Below, one piece after another: positions 40,710-50,446 of a DNA stretch of 64,000 bases. The DNA comes from Pseudomonadales bacterium. Lineage in GTDB: Bacteria > Pseudomonadota > Gammaproteobacteria > Pseudomonadales > JAHRWD01. The first letter of the stretch is position 1, and every line of letters starts with the position of its first letter. Location: NCBI GenBank assembly GCA_029210125.1, contig JARGPR010000002.1:231232-295231 (forward strand). Direction: 5' to 3'. A program made the position numbers and the translations under genes. The notes beneath the pieces are model-generated. The model searched no databases and was not told the DNA's origin. It worked only from the letters and a program-made list of their open reading frames with translations.

Positions 40710-42137
40710 CTAATTTCTGTTTTCATCGACAATGACTTTGCGCTCGCGCCACAGTATAAGCACGGCACCGCCTGCCAGCATTCCCGGCAAGCCTTCGTAC
40801 ACGGCGTGATGCCAGTCCAGGTAACGCCATAATAACGCGGTGGCCAGTCCCGTTAGCGCGGCGACAATGCTCGTGAATTGAGCAGGTTTCATACCGAGAC
40901 AGAGCGCGATAAGTAATGGCGCAAAAGCGCTGGCCAGACCAGACCAGGCCATGATAACCAGACTGAAAACGCTTTGGTTATTGGATAGTGCCAACAATAG
41001 CGCGCAGCCGGTGATGGCAAGCGTCGTCAGTTTAATCAATAGCGGTCGCTCTATCCTATGGGGCAGAAGATCGTGGGTAATCGCTGCGGAACAACTGAGG
41101 ATCAGCGAATCGGCGGTGGACATGGTTGCGGCGAAGATCCCTGCCAGCACTAAACCGACGACCAGGGGCGGAAGTAATTCAAGGGCCATCATAGGCAAAG
41201 CCAGTTCGGCGTCAAAACTACCACTATCGGACAAATAGACACGGGACAGCAAACCCACCCCGGTGGTGATGCAGTAAAACGCTATAAACCAGAGGTAGTA
41301 CCAGGCGCGGGCCTGACGCATGCTGGCCTGATCGTTGAGGGCCATAAACCGCACCATGATGTGGGGCTGTCCGATTACCGATAGTCCAGCAAACAGCCAG
41401 CTCACGGCAAACAGTATGCCCCCGGCAATTCCGGGCAGGGCCAGATCTTTGGGAAACCAGTCGAGGAAGCCGGCCACCTCCTGCATACTTGAAATGGCCC
41501 CACCCACTCCGCCCATCGATTGTGTAGCCACGACCAGCAATGAAATCATGGCGACAATCATCACGGTCGATTGGGCGGCATCTGTCCAGATGGAGGCCCG
41601 AATACCACCGGCAAAACAGTAGAGAGAGACCAACACAGCGCCGATAACAGCTCCCATCCAGGGAGCCCAGCCAAATAGCACATGTAGGGCTTTGCCCCCT
41701 GCAACCAGCTGGGCACCTGCGTAGGCTAATAGAAAAACCAGGGAAATGATCCCGATTAACCGCTGTAGTTGATTGTTCTTATCCCCATACCAACCACTCA
41801 GCACGCCAGCGTAACTGGCTTCGTCGCTGATTTCTGTCGCTGCCCGTAAGCGTGAATGAACGAACAGGGAAGCCAGAAAATCGCCGGCGATCCAGCCAAT
41901 CATCAACCAGATAGAGGCCAGGCCCGTGGCATAGGTATAACCAATTACACCGATAAACATATAACCACTGTTATTGGTAGCCACTGCGGATAAGCCAACC
42001 AACCAAGGTCTGACGGTGTTGTCAGCGAGGTAGTAATCCTGGCGGGTACCCCGGCTTTTAATCAGCGACGAGAGGCCTATAAGTGTGAAGGCTAACAGAA
42101 AGCCAATAAAGGATAGTGCGATTAAGGTGTCATCCAT
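40710..42137 (-). CDS. Sodium:solute symporter (SSS) family transporter
   Basis: 475 aa and ~13 TM. The PutP/PanF-like pattern is RDYYLA...SAVATNNSGYMFIG. The substrate cannot be inferred. Confidence 0.75.
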   Translation of the reverse strand: MDDTLIALSFIGFLLAFTLIGLSSLIKSRGTRQDYYLADNTVRPWLVGLSAVATNNSGYMFIGVIGYTYATGLASIWLMIGWIAGDFLASLFVHSRLRAATEISDEASYAGVLSGWYGDKNNQLQRLIGIISLVFLLAYAGAQLVAGGKALHVLFGWAPWMGAVIGAVLVSLYCFAGGIRASIWTDAAQSTVMIVAMISLLVVATQSMGGVGGAISSMQEVAGFLDWFPKDLALPGIAGGILFAVSWLFAGLSVIGQPHIMVRFMALNDQASMRQARAWYYLWFIAFYCITTGVGLLSRVYLSDSGSFDAELALPMMALELLPPLVVGLVLAGIFAATMSTADSLILSCSAAITHDLLPHRIERPLLIKLTTLAITGCALLLALSNNQSVFSLVIMAWSGLASAFAPLLIALCLGMKPAQFTSIVAALTGLATALLWRYLDWHHAVYEGLPGMLAGGAVLILWRERKVIVDENRN

Positions 42138-42182
42138 GATCGAATCTCTACTCGTAAATCACTGGTTCCTTGACGCCCGCCA

Positions 42183-42578
42183 TCACTCTTTGTCAAAAGC
42201 ATCAACAATGATGGCACCCATTGAGGCCGGCATGGCAATGATGATTAAACGCTTAACTGCGACCACAGGCTCAGACACGACGGGAAACTTATCCAGAGTT
42301 GTTAACACCAGAGCCACCACAAGCCCGGCAACCACGTAAGCAATCAGTATTCGAATAAGAAAAACCGGGATACGATAGGTAATATCTCCCTGAAAAACGC
42401 TTTCATAGGCGAAGAACGCCAAAAACATCACAGAAAGACAGGCCATAAGTACGATGTTTCCGGCCGGCAAAGTTTCGCTCAGATTCCAGGCTTCTTCAGA
42501 AAAAGAGATGGGCACCGCTAGAGCAAAAGCGCCTATGGCTACCTGACTGGCGTCTTCCAGATCGAAATTAAGTTTCAC
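42183..42578 (-). CDS. Small integral membrane protein of unknown function
   Basis: 131 aa with ~4 hydrophobic helices. It overlaps the upstream TPR gene by 11 nt. Confidence 0.5.
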   Translation of the reverse strand: MKLNFDLEDASQVAIGAFALAVPISFSEEAWNLSETLPAGNIVLMACLSVMFLAFFAYESVFQGDITYRIPVFLIRILIAYVVAGLVVALVLTTLDKFPVVSEPVVAVKRLIIIAMPASMGAIIVDAFDKE

Positions 42579-43437
42579 GAACCTGATCCAGCAACTGGTT
42601 AAAGGGTTCGTAGCTTTTTAAGGGTACTAAAGCAGGATCGCTCAGCAAATCATCTCGATAGGTTTCTGAGCGCGCCAAGGCTTCCGTCAGATATCCCATC
42701 GCCTCATCAAACTGGTTCAACGCCGTGTAGGCACAGGCTAGCTGATAAAACGCATGGCCATTGTCAGGATCAATGGCAAGTGCCTGGTTGCACAGGTTCA
42801 CAGCCCACTGTGGTTCATCCAGCTCTAACGCCGCATCGGCTTTGTATGTGAGCGCCTCAGTGTCTTCGGGTTGCAGTTTTAATATCTGGTCGTAGGTCGC
42901 AATTTTATTGTGGGCGCCGTGATCCTGCCCTGCTCTCAACCACAGTGAATGTATTTCTTGTGTCAGCGCAATTTCAGCACGGTTTTCTTCATACAATTCC
43001 GTTTTCTGGCTCAATTGATTTTCTATATTGCGCAGCCGATCTTCATAGGTTTCGATTAATCCGGCCACTTGCTGATCCGCATTCGAATGCACCCGTTCCT
43101 TGATGTCGCGTATTGACGACCAGCCTACTAAGACTAATATCGAACTGGCACCCGCTATCAAATAAAAAAAGTAACTGATGGTATCGGTAGCGTATTCAAC
43201 ACCCCGGTCGATCGAATTGATTTCACGATCGACAACCTGCTGAAGCAACTCATTTTTTTGCGCCGCCATGTCAACACGCAGTTGCTTAAGCTCATCCAGT
43301 ACATAGAGTTCAACAAAGGGCGATTTGGCAATGCGCTCGCCAAACGGCGGATTATCCTCCACCGGCTCTTTTGCACTTGCCTGCCCAAAGAACAACGGTA
43401 AACAAAACGTTAACGCCACCCATCTTATGCTGCGCAT
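42568..43437 (-). CDS. TPR-repeat protein with a signal peptide and one internal TM helix
   Basis: The N-terminal signal is LTFCLPLFFGQASA and the TM is ISYFFYLIAGASSILVLVGW. C-terminal TPR-like repeats are present (ALAIDPDNGHAFYQLACAYTALNQFDEAMGYL). It overlaps ask by 13 nt. Confidence 0.6.
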   Translation of the reverse strand: MRSIRWVALTFCLPLFFGQASAKEPVEDNPPFGERIAKSPFVELYVLDELKQLRVDMAAQKNELLQQVVDREINSIDRGVEYATDTISYFFYLIAGASSILVLVGWSSIRDIKERVHSNADQQVAGLIETYEDRLRNIENQLSQKTELYEENRAEIALTQEIHSLWLRAGQDHGAHNKIATYDQILKLQPEDTEALTYKADAALELDEPQWAVNLCNQALAIDPDNGHAFYQLACAYTALNQFDEAMGYLTEALARSETYRDDLLSDPALVPLKSYEPFNQLLDQVRET

Positions 43438-44897
43438 ATCGCTCTACCGTGATCATGTACTTCCACCAAGCACGCATGCAGGCTTTTAACGGCCAGCTCA
43501 TAATCCTGCTCATCGACCACGAACTGCATATCCACCTGACGCATGGATTGGTGCATAGCCAGCACATTAATATTTTGCGTTGCCAAAGCCGCTACGGCCT
43601 GGGAGAGCATGCCCGCCACCCGCATATCGCTACCAATGGCCGAGACAATGGCGGCTTTTCGTTGGTCGAGCTCAGCATCGGGATATATATCCTGAAGTAC
43701 AGTACGGATACGTTTGATGGTTTTAAGGTTGGTTGCCAGATAGTGTGTAATGGTATTGGCATTCACATCCTTGGCAACAATCTCGGCTTTAAAGCGGCGC
43801 AGCACCGCTAAAATTTCCCGATCGTAAAGATCGATCTGCCCCATCATGTCCTGGTCAAATAGCTCCAGTGCATAGATGCCTTTGCTGCCGGCAATAATCT
43901 CCACGCATGGCGTGTCACTGACATAATCCTGAGCAATGACCGTACCGGTATGTTCTGGTTCAAAGGTGTTTTTGATACGCAGAGGAATCGCATTTTGGCG
44001 CAAGCCCTTGGCGGCTTTTGGGTGAATAGCCTCCATACCCAGATTAGCCAGTTGGTCGGCTACATCGTAGTTAGTTCGACCAATAGGCACGGCATTTGAT
44101 TCACCGACTAAGTGCGGGTCGGCACTGCTAAGGTGAAACTCCTTGTGAATAATCGCTTCTCTGGCACCGGTCAAGACAGCGATTCGGCTGAAGGTGATCT
44201 CGCTGTAGCCACGATTAAAGCTGGCCATTAAGCCACTGTCGCTGTGTGCATAACCGGTGACAATTGGAAGTTCTGCAGTCAGATCAATGGCGTCAAAGGC
44301 CTGCAATATACGTTCATCCAGAGACATGTGGTCAGCGGTTTGCCAACCGCTTAGATCGACAAAACAAGCATTGACACCATCGCGCTGCAATAGCGCCGCC
44401 GTGTTCCAGGCACTGTGAGCCTCACCAATACTGGCGAGCATTTCCCGTACCGTATCGAGGTGCTCGGATAGCGAAAAGTGGCCATGGCGACACACCCCTT
44501 GCAGATCCGTTAAGCATTGGTGGGCCGCCTCAATGCGCGCATCGATAAACCGATTGGCGCGTTTCAGGTCGGACTGGCTAGCAAATAGTTCTTGATTAAT
44601 GCCGTGTAATTTACGGTGCAGCTGCGCCATAGCGTCATACCAGTCACCATCGTTTTCACTGTTGGCAAACAAACCGTAAACACCGGGGCGTCCGGATTTT
44701 TTATGCTCGAGCAGGTCATTGGTGATACCACTATAGGCCGATACGACAAAAACCCTCTGGTACAAACTTCCTCCAGTGCCAGGCTTAAATACAATGTTAT
44801 CGCGCACGGCTTTATAGTCGTTCATCGACGTACCGCCGATTTTTTCGACGCTATGTTCTGGAGATGGTTGCGTAGGTACTTGTCTATTTTCTGTCAT
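43425..44897 (-). CDS. ask: Aspartate kinase, ectoine-cluster type (Ask_Ect)
   Basis: VEKIGGTSM N-terminal kinase motif, C-terminal ACT-like region, and a position downstream of ectABCD. Confidence 0.85.
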   Translation of the reverse strand: MTENRQVPTQPSPEHSVEKIGGTSMNDYKAVRDNIVFKPGTGGSLYQRVFVVSAYSGITNDLLEHKKSGRPGVYGLFANSENDGDWYDAMAQLHRKLHGINQELFASQSDLKRANRFIDARIEAAHQCLTDLQGVCRHGHFSLSEHLDTVREMLASIGEAHSAWNTAALLQRDGVNACFVDLSGWQTADHMSLDERILQAFDAIDLTAELPIVTGYAHSDSGLMASFNRGYSEITFSRIAVLTGAREAIIHKEFHLSSADPHLVGESNAVPIGRTNYDVADQLANLGMEAIHPKAAKGLRQNAIPLRIKNTFEPEHTGTVIAQDYVSDTPCVEIIAGSKGIYALELFDQDMMGQIDLYDREILAVLRRFKAEIVAKDVNANTITHYLATNLKTIKRIRTVLQDIYPDAELDQRKAAIVSAIGSDMRVAGMLSQAVAALATQNINVLAMHQSMRQVDMQFVVDEQDYELAVKSLHACLVEVHDHGRAICAA

Positions 44898-44953
44898 AAT
44901 TCCTACTATGAAAAAGTTTAATGAAGTACTGAATTAAATATGGGTGCAGCGGT

Positions 44954-45277
44954 TTATGAGCGCTCGGCGCAGCCAATACATAGCCGCGTAGCGGGAACCG
45001 CCTGCAATCGCGCGAACGGAATCTCGCCACTACACTGGTGACAATAGCCGGCATCTTCGCTGTCCAGCCACTGTAGATTATTGCGTATCAGAGCTAACTC
45101 ACGCTTCTCATTTTGACTGACCTGAGAGCTAACAGCCGATGCGATTTTTTGATCAAGGTTGGCTGACTCATCGTCCAGGTCGCTATTTTCGCCAGTCGGC
45201 GACAAAAATCCCTCGATTTCGTTAATACGCGTTCGCATCAGTTGTTTAAGAGCGTCTCGTTGCCGGTCATTCACCAC
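44954..45277 (-). CDS. DksA/TraR-family C4 zinc-finger protein
   Basis: C-terminal CHQCSGEIPFARLQAVPATRLCIGC (CxxC-x17-CxxC) after a coiled-coil-like N-terminal part. Its start overlaps the ectD stop by 7 nt. Confidence 0.7.
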   Translation of the reverse strand: MVNDRQRDALKQLMRTRINEIEGFLSPTGENSDLDDESANLDQKIASAVSSQVSQNEKRELALIRNNLQWLDSEDAGYCHQCSGEIPFARLQAVPATRLCIGCAERS

Positions 45278-46212
45278 TCACTTCCTTTGACCTCAACGAT
45301 GATAGGGGCGACCGTTTCACGGCTACAAATATATTCGGGTCGCGGTGGTTGATCACAAAAGGGTTCAACCACGCGGTTACTAAGGGCGTTATACACAAAG
45401 AAGGCATTAGAGCGTGGATAAGGCGTGATATTACCGTTTGAGCCATGCATCGTGTTGCAATCGAACAGAATCACACTACCCGGTTTACCGGTTGCAGTGA
45501 CGATGCCGCCTTGATCAGCCAATTGGCTTAAACAACGGTCACTAGGCACGCCATACTCCTGTTTGCGCAGAGATGACTTGAAGTGGTTGCTCGGTGTTTC
45601 CCCTTCGCACACTGCATAGTGGCGGTGCGATCCAGGTATCAACATCAAAGGGCCGTTGGTTTCGTGATTTTCAGTTAATGTGATGGACACGCTCAGTGCT
45701 CGCATGGCAGGCATGCCATCCTCAACGTGCCAGGTTTCAAAGTCCGAATGCCAGTAAAATTCCTTTCCGCGAAACCCGGGTTTGTAGTTTAAGCGCGATT
45801 GATGAACATAAACCTGATCATTGAGCAGGTACTGGGCGAGTCCCGCCAGACGCGGATCCGCTGCCAGTTTTTTGAACACTGGGCTGATCTGATGGATTCT
45901 GAAAATCGAACGGATTTCGCCATTACCGGGCTCCGTAATGGTCTCACCCGACGCTGCAATCTGATCGTCATCCTTGAGTTGCTCAAGCTCCTGCTGAAAA
46001 CTAAAAATCTCTTGTTCGCTAAAAACAGCATCTAAAATCAGAAATCCGTTTTGTTCATATTGCCTCAACAAGTCCTGATCTATGGGTGCTGATCCAGTTT
46101 CATCTGCATAAATGACCGGATCTAAGCGCTTACCCAGCTGTGCTTTCGACGCACCTCTAGATGGGTAGCGGTCCTGCTGTGTGTTCATTGCGGGTATGCT
46201 TGCTGATTTCAT
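45271..46212 (-). CDS. ectD: Ectoine hydroxylase EctD
   Basis: Contains the EctD signature FYWHSDFETWHVEDGMP and the PhyH-fold 2-His-1-carboxylate context. The start is trimmed to the ATG at 46212; 46188 is also possible. Confidence 0.9.
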   Translation of the reverse strand: MKSASIPAMNTQQDRYPSRGASKAQLGKRLDPVIYADETGSAPIDQDLLRQYEQNGFLILDAVFSEQEIFSFQQELEQLKDDDQIAASGETITEPGNGEIRSIFRIHQISPVFKKLAADPRLAGLAQYLLNDQVYVHQSRLNYKPGFRGKEFYWHSDFETWHVEDGMPAMRALSVSITLTENHETNGPLMLIPGSHRHYAVCEGETPSNHFKSSLRKQEYGVPSDRCLSQLADQGGIVTATGKPGSVILFDCNTMHGSNGNITPYPRSNAFFVYNALSNRVVEPFCDQPPRPEYICSRETVAPIIVEVKGSEW

Positions 46213-46324
46213 ATTCGGGCGGTTTATCCTCTGGTTAATAGTTTCGTATCTTGTTACTAATCGCGTTCTTATAGTTACTAAAAGCTTTCTCAACCGGCTA
46301 ATGACTTTTTATTCGTAACGGCTT

Positions 46325-46744
46325 TTATGTACTAACAGCTTCGGCATCCAGCTCATAAGAGCCCTCAGCGTTGTGAACTTCTTTGCCATTAAGCGGCGGG
46401 TTAAAAACACAGGCCATTTTCATTTCTTTAAATGCGCGCAAATTGTGTTTATCGTGTTTATCTAGGTTGTATAAGGTGCCCGGCTTGATGGGATAAACCT
46501 TGCCATCGGCCACTGTCTCGACCTCACCTTCTCCAGAAATACAGTACACCGCTTCGAGGTGACGCTGGTAATGCATCTGGAAGTCAACGCCTTCGTAAAT
46601 AGTGGTGATGTGAAAGGAAAAACCCATTTGATCATCTTTGAGCAGCAAACGGGTGCTTTCCCAGTTACCATCGGGGGATACGATGCGTCGATCTGTTTTT
46701 TCAGCGTCTTGCAAATTTCTAACTAACAAGGCGATACTCCTCAT
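46325..46744 (-). CDS. ectC: L-ectoine synthase EctC
   Basis: Cupin-type EctC pattern ([21 protein letters not shown]....[18 protein letters not shown]). Confidence 0.9.
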   Translation of the reverse strand: MRSIALLVRNLQDAEKTDRRIVSPDGNWESTRLLLKDDQMGFSFHITTIYEGVDFQMHYQRHLEAVYCISGEGEVETVADGKVYPIKPGTLYNLDKHDKHNLRAFKEMKMACVFNPPLNGKEVHNAEGSYELDAEAVST

Positions 46745-46831
46745 TTTTTAAATCGATTAAGTGAACAGGCGATCTGCTCCACTGAATGATGTTGCTACTG
46801 CAGTATTAGGCCGCAACAGCCCTACAAATCA

Positions 46832-48142
46832 TCAAGCGCTGGCAGACTGAGGTTCGTCAAAATAGTCAACTTCTTCCGGTATCGGTGTTTCTTTGGCACA
46901 CACTTCTTTGATGGCTTGCTCAACGATATCAATACCTTTTTTCAGGTTTTCATCACTGATGGTCAGTGGACACAGAAATTTCACCACTTGGTCGTCGGCA
47001 CCGCTAGTTTCAATAATGAGACCGCTTTTGAACGCGCGTTGGGTAATTGCACCAGCTATCTCACCATTCACACAGTTGATGCCCTGAAACATGCCGCGAC
47101 CCCGTGCCGTAAAATTGCCTTCTCCATAGCTTTCGACAATGGCGGCCAGGCGTTGCGAGACATACTGCCCCTTACGCTTAACCGATTCTGCAAAAGCATC
47201 ATCCGACCAGTAGTGATCGATGGCTGCTTTTGCGGTAACAAAGGCAAAATTATTACCTCGGAAAGTGCCGTTATGCTCACCCGGTTTCCACTGATCGAGG
47301 GCGGGTTTCATTAACACCACGGCAAAGGGCAAGCCGTAACCTCCCAGTGATTTGGAGAGGGTGATGATATCCGGCTCAATACCCGCCTCTTCAAAACTAA
47401 AGTAATTACCGGTGCGGCCACAGCCCGCCTGAATATCATCAATAATCAACAACAATCCGTGTTTCTTGCATACGGCCTGTAAATTGCGTAGCCACTCAAA
47501 GCTAGCGACATTAATACCCCCTTCGCCTTGCACAGTTTCTACCATCACTGCGGCCGGTGAATTAATACCGCTGCTTGAATCTGACAGCACTTTATCCAGA
47601 TACGCGGTGGTATCGATACCATCACCCAAATAACCATCGTAAGGCATACGGTGCACGCCGGTGAGCGCAGCACCCGCCGCATCTCGATGATGGGCGTTAC
47701 CGGTGGCCGCCAATGCACCCAAACTGACACCGTGGAAACCATTAGTAAACGTTACAATATTTTGCTGACCAGTCACGTTGCGGGCGATTTTCATTGCCGC
47801 CTCAACCGCATTGGTACCGGTGGGGCCGGTGAACTGCACAAGGTAGTCCATATCCCGTGGCTTGAGAATTTTCTCGTTAAAGGCTTCAAGAAAGGCACCC
47901 TTGGCTTTGGTATGCAGATCGAGGCCGTGGGTAATGCCATCGTTGTTAATGTACTCCAGCAATTGCTCTTTGAAGACCGGATTATTGTGGCCGTAATTCA
48001 GCGTGCCTGCGCCAGCGAGGAAGTCGAGATATTGATTATCCTCTGCATCGTAAAGGTATTCACCCTGGGCCTTATGAAAAACCCGGGGGAATGCCCGTGC
48101 GTAGCTCTGTACTTCCGATTCAATTTCGTCAAATATTTTCAT
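46832..48142 (-). CDS. ectB: Diaminobutyrate--2-oxoglutarate transaminase EctB
   Basis: MKIFDEIESEVQSYARAFP opening and a class-III aminotransferase core with DDIQAGCGRTG and TLSKSLGGYGLP (PLP lysine). The ATG at 48142 has an AAGGA SD. Confidence 0.9.
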   Translation of the reverse strand: MKIFDEIESEVQSYARAFPRVFHKAQGEYLYDAEDNQYLDFLAGAGTLNYGHNNPVFKEQLLEYINNDGITHGLDLHTKAKGAFLEAFNEKILKPRDMDYLVQFTGPTGTNAVEAAMKIARNVTGQQNIVTFTNGFHGVSLGALAATGNAHHRDAAGAALTGVHRMPYDGYLGDGIDTTAYLDKVLSDSSSGINSPAAVMVETVQGEGGINVASFEWLRNLQAVCKKHGLLLIIDDIQAGCGRTGNYFSFEEAGIEPDIITLSKSLGGYGLPFAVVLMKPALDQWKPGEHNGTFRGNNFAFVTAKAAIDHYWSDDAFAESVKRKGQYVSQRLAAIVESYGEGNFTARGRGMFQGINCVNGEIAGAITQRAFKSGLIIETSGADDQVVKFLCPLTISDENLKKGIDIVEQAIKEVCAKETPIPEEVDYFDEPQSASA

Positions 48143-48223
48143 AGTTTGGTTTCCTTTTGTTGCGTGTGTTGCAGTAATTCGTGACATGCTTTTACCAGCT
48201 CAGACATCGGCGCGCTCCAGTGC

Positions 48224-48712
48224 TCATTCCAGCGGCCCAATGGTTACCAACAGCTCGGTGTCGTGCTGCCCGGCAAAATGCTGTTCCTTAATAAATAAAT
48301 CTTCTCGAATTAACGGCGCTCCATAGTGTTTAGCAACTCGGCCAAACAACGCCCATGAAGCCTCGTTATCTTGGGTAATAGTGGTTTCAATAAAGCGGAC
48401 GGTTTGACCTGCCTGCCTTTTCAAGATGTGCTCAATCATCTGCGTTGCCAGCCCATGGCCGCGAGCACTCTCAGCGACAGCTACCTGCCAGACAAAAAGC
48501 GTTTCAGGCTTATCAGGAATTCGATAAGCGCTGATAAAACCGACTAACTCACCGTTCTTCCGAACCGCAACCGATGTACTGGCAAAGTGGTGGCATTGCA
48601 GCAAATTGCAGTACACCGAATTGGTATCGAGGGGCGGGCAAGCACTGATCAGTTGTGAAACTTCCCAGCCATCACCCACAGACGGCTGATGAAAGACAAA
48701 TTGTTGATTCAT
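48224..48712 (-). CDS. ectA: L-2,4-diaminobutyrate acetyltransferase EctA
   Basis: GNAT fold (VWQVAVAESARGHGLATQMI) and first position in the ect operon. The start is trimmed to the ATG at 48712. Confidence 0.85.
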   Translation of the reverse strand: MNQQFVFHQPSVGDGWEVSQLISACPPLDTNSVYCNLLQCHHFASTSVAVRKNGELVGFISAYRIPDKPETLFVWQVAVAESARGHGLATQMIEHILKRQAGQTVRFIETTITQDNEASWALFGRVAKHYGAPLIREDLFIKEQHFAGQHDTELLVTIGPLE

Positions 48713-49067
48713 TAAATAGTGGCTCCATAAATAAAGCATGACGTCAATATATTTAGTGAACTAATTAAATTCTATAATAAAAACAAAGAAACCTATAACG
48801 AAATCCCAATAATCATGGAAAATAACTCCAAAAAAAGCCGCCATCGGAGGGCAGCCTTATATATTATTTAGTACACGAAGCATTGTACACGAAAGGTATT
48901 CTCGTGCAAGCGTCGCCATACTGACACCAAAGTCACTGAATCAAATCAGGGAATGAGTCCTATTTAGAATTTATTTACCGAGAAAGCAGGGACTGATAGC
49001 AACTCCAGCAGAGTCAAAATATAATCGCGACAAAGAAGCTAACGAAATAACATTTGAGAACACTGAA

Positions 49068-49562
49068 TTGGATAATATAGACGACGTTTTAGTTGCCCTG
49101 CGTAGGGTAATTCGAGCCACTGACTTACATTCAAAGCATTTGGCAAAAACAACCGGACTCACCACCCCACAAATTTTGCTACTACAGGCTATTCGCGCCA
49201 GAAACGACATCACCATTGGCGAACTGGCAAATGAAGTCAGCCTCAGCCAGGCCACTGTCACCACCATTCTCGATCGCCTGGAAAAACGAGAACTGGTTTA
49301 CCGGGAACGCTCCACAAAAGATAAGCGTAAAGTGCACGCCCACCTGACGGATGCCGGTGTCAGCATATTAAAAGATGCGCCAGTACCGCTTCAGGAGCAC
49401 TTCACCCATCAATTCAATAATTTGCAACAGTGGGAGCAGACAATGATTATTGCTTCCCTACAACGGGTTGCTCATATGATGGACGCGCAGCAGATTGATG
49501 CAGCACCGGTGTTAGACATCGGTTCAATAGATAGACAGAGCACAAACGTTGATAAGCCTTAA
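49068..49562 (+). CDS. ectR: MarR-family regulator divergent from ectA (EctR-like)
   Basis: MarR wHTH (LTTPQILLLQAI...ITIGELANEVSLSQATVTTILDRLEKRELVYRERSTKDKRKV). Its divergent position is as described for EctR of halotolerant methylotrophs. Apparent TTG start. Confidence 0.7.
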   Translation: MDNIDDVLVALRRVIRATDLHSKHLAKTTGLTTPQILLLQAIRARNDITIGELANEVSLSQATVTTILDRLEKRELVYRERSTKDKRKVHAHLTDAGVSILKDAPVPLQEHFTHQFNNLQQWEQTMIIASLQRVAHMMDAQQIDAAPVLDIGSIDRQSTNVDKP

Positions 49563-49611
49563 CCACCCACACCTGATCAACGGTAAAAACTGAGCTTTAT
49601 ACGACATGGCT

Positions 49612-49797
49612 CTATGCAAAGTACTGACGGGTTCTATTTGGACAATGCTACCAATGAAAGCACAACGCGCACTTCAACCAACACACCCACAACCGTGGCT
49701 AACGCAGCACGGGAGTTCAGCCCAAACAAGCTAATGGCAACGGCTAGCTCAAACAAGTTGGACGTTCCCATTTGGCGCAGCCGGCTCGGCAGTGCTA
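49612..49797 (-). pseudogene. Degraded copy of the last ~60 codons of acr3
   Basis: Aligns base-for-base, with scattered substitutions and small indels, to 7559-~7745, beginning exactly at the acr3 stop (ctatgcaaagtactgacggg...). Residual translation is [27 protein letters not shown]. Confidence 0.9.
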
Positions 49798-50081
49798 ATT
49801 CGTTAGCCAAGGGTTCAGCCAAAAGAGCGCAAAAAGAGGAAATAAAAAATAGAGACCAACACCAAAATCAAACTGTTGAGTTTGACAGTAGGGCTGTGTT
49901 TGTTGCTAATTTGCGGGTTGGGTTACTACAGTTGACAACTATCAAAACGATTACATGAATCGCCCCAGGCACCCTCTGTTAAGCATTCACCCTTCGACGA
50001 TCTACCTGATCCATGGCCCAGGGACTGGGGCACCACTCAATCATTCAGCGCCCTCTCTTCCAGCCGGTTTTCGGAAACCAT
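49798..50081 (+). pseudogene. Degraded copy of the degQ 3' end, the intergenic region and the 5' part of the anchored Hsp20-like gene, with an internal deletion
   Basis: Aligns to 38421-~38658, then skips ~270 bp and resumes at ~38929-38978. The start codon is mutated (aaaaATGgagacc to aaaaATAgagacc). Confidence 0.9.
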
Positions 50082-50446
50082 CAGCAAAAGGGTCAAAGTA
50101 ATTGATATTAGCTCTTTGCCGATATTCCTCTGACCTCCTTTCACCTCTCATTGCCAGAGTTGAGGCGCGTCTGCTCGTTTATTTTTCTATTCTGCTTAAA
50201 GCGCTCACCAACAACCAGGTTCAGTTATTCGAATGGCGTATCTCTTCGAGTGCATAGCCCGGTATCGTCTTGTCAAATAGGGAGCTACATCGTTTTTGTC
50301 TGGTGTCAGCCCCTGATATAAAAATACGGAGTTATCAGCTCTATATAGTAGCTAGACCGAGGGTATTCAACAGGATAGCGCAACTATTCCCGCTCTGACT
50401 GGATTCAATTCAAAACATCAATTGCTCTGACCCCTTTGATTACCTC

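Noticed and set aside
49614-49958. 114-aa plus-strand ORF and 62-aa minus-strand ORF downstream of ectR.
   Set aside because: Both fall in the mosaic of decayed acr3 and Hsp20-like gene fragments. The 62-aa ORF is just the residual acr3 tail, and the 114-aa ORF reads across the junction in a meaningless frame.
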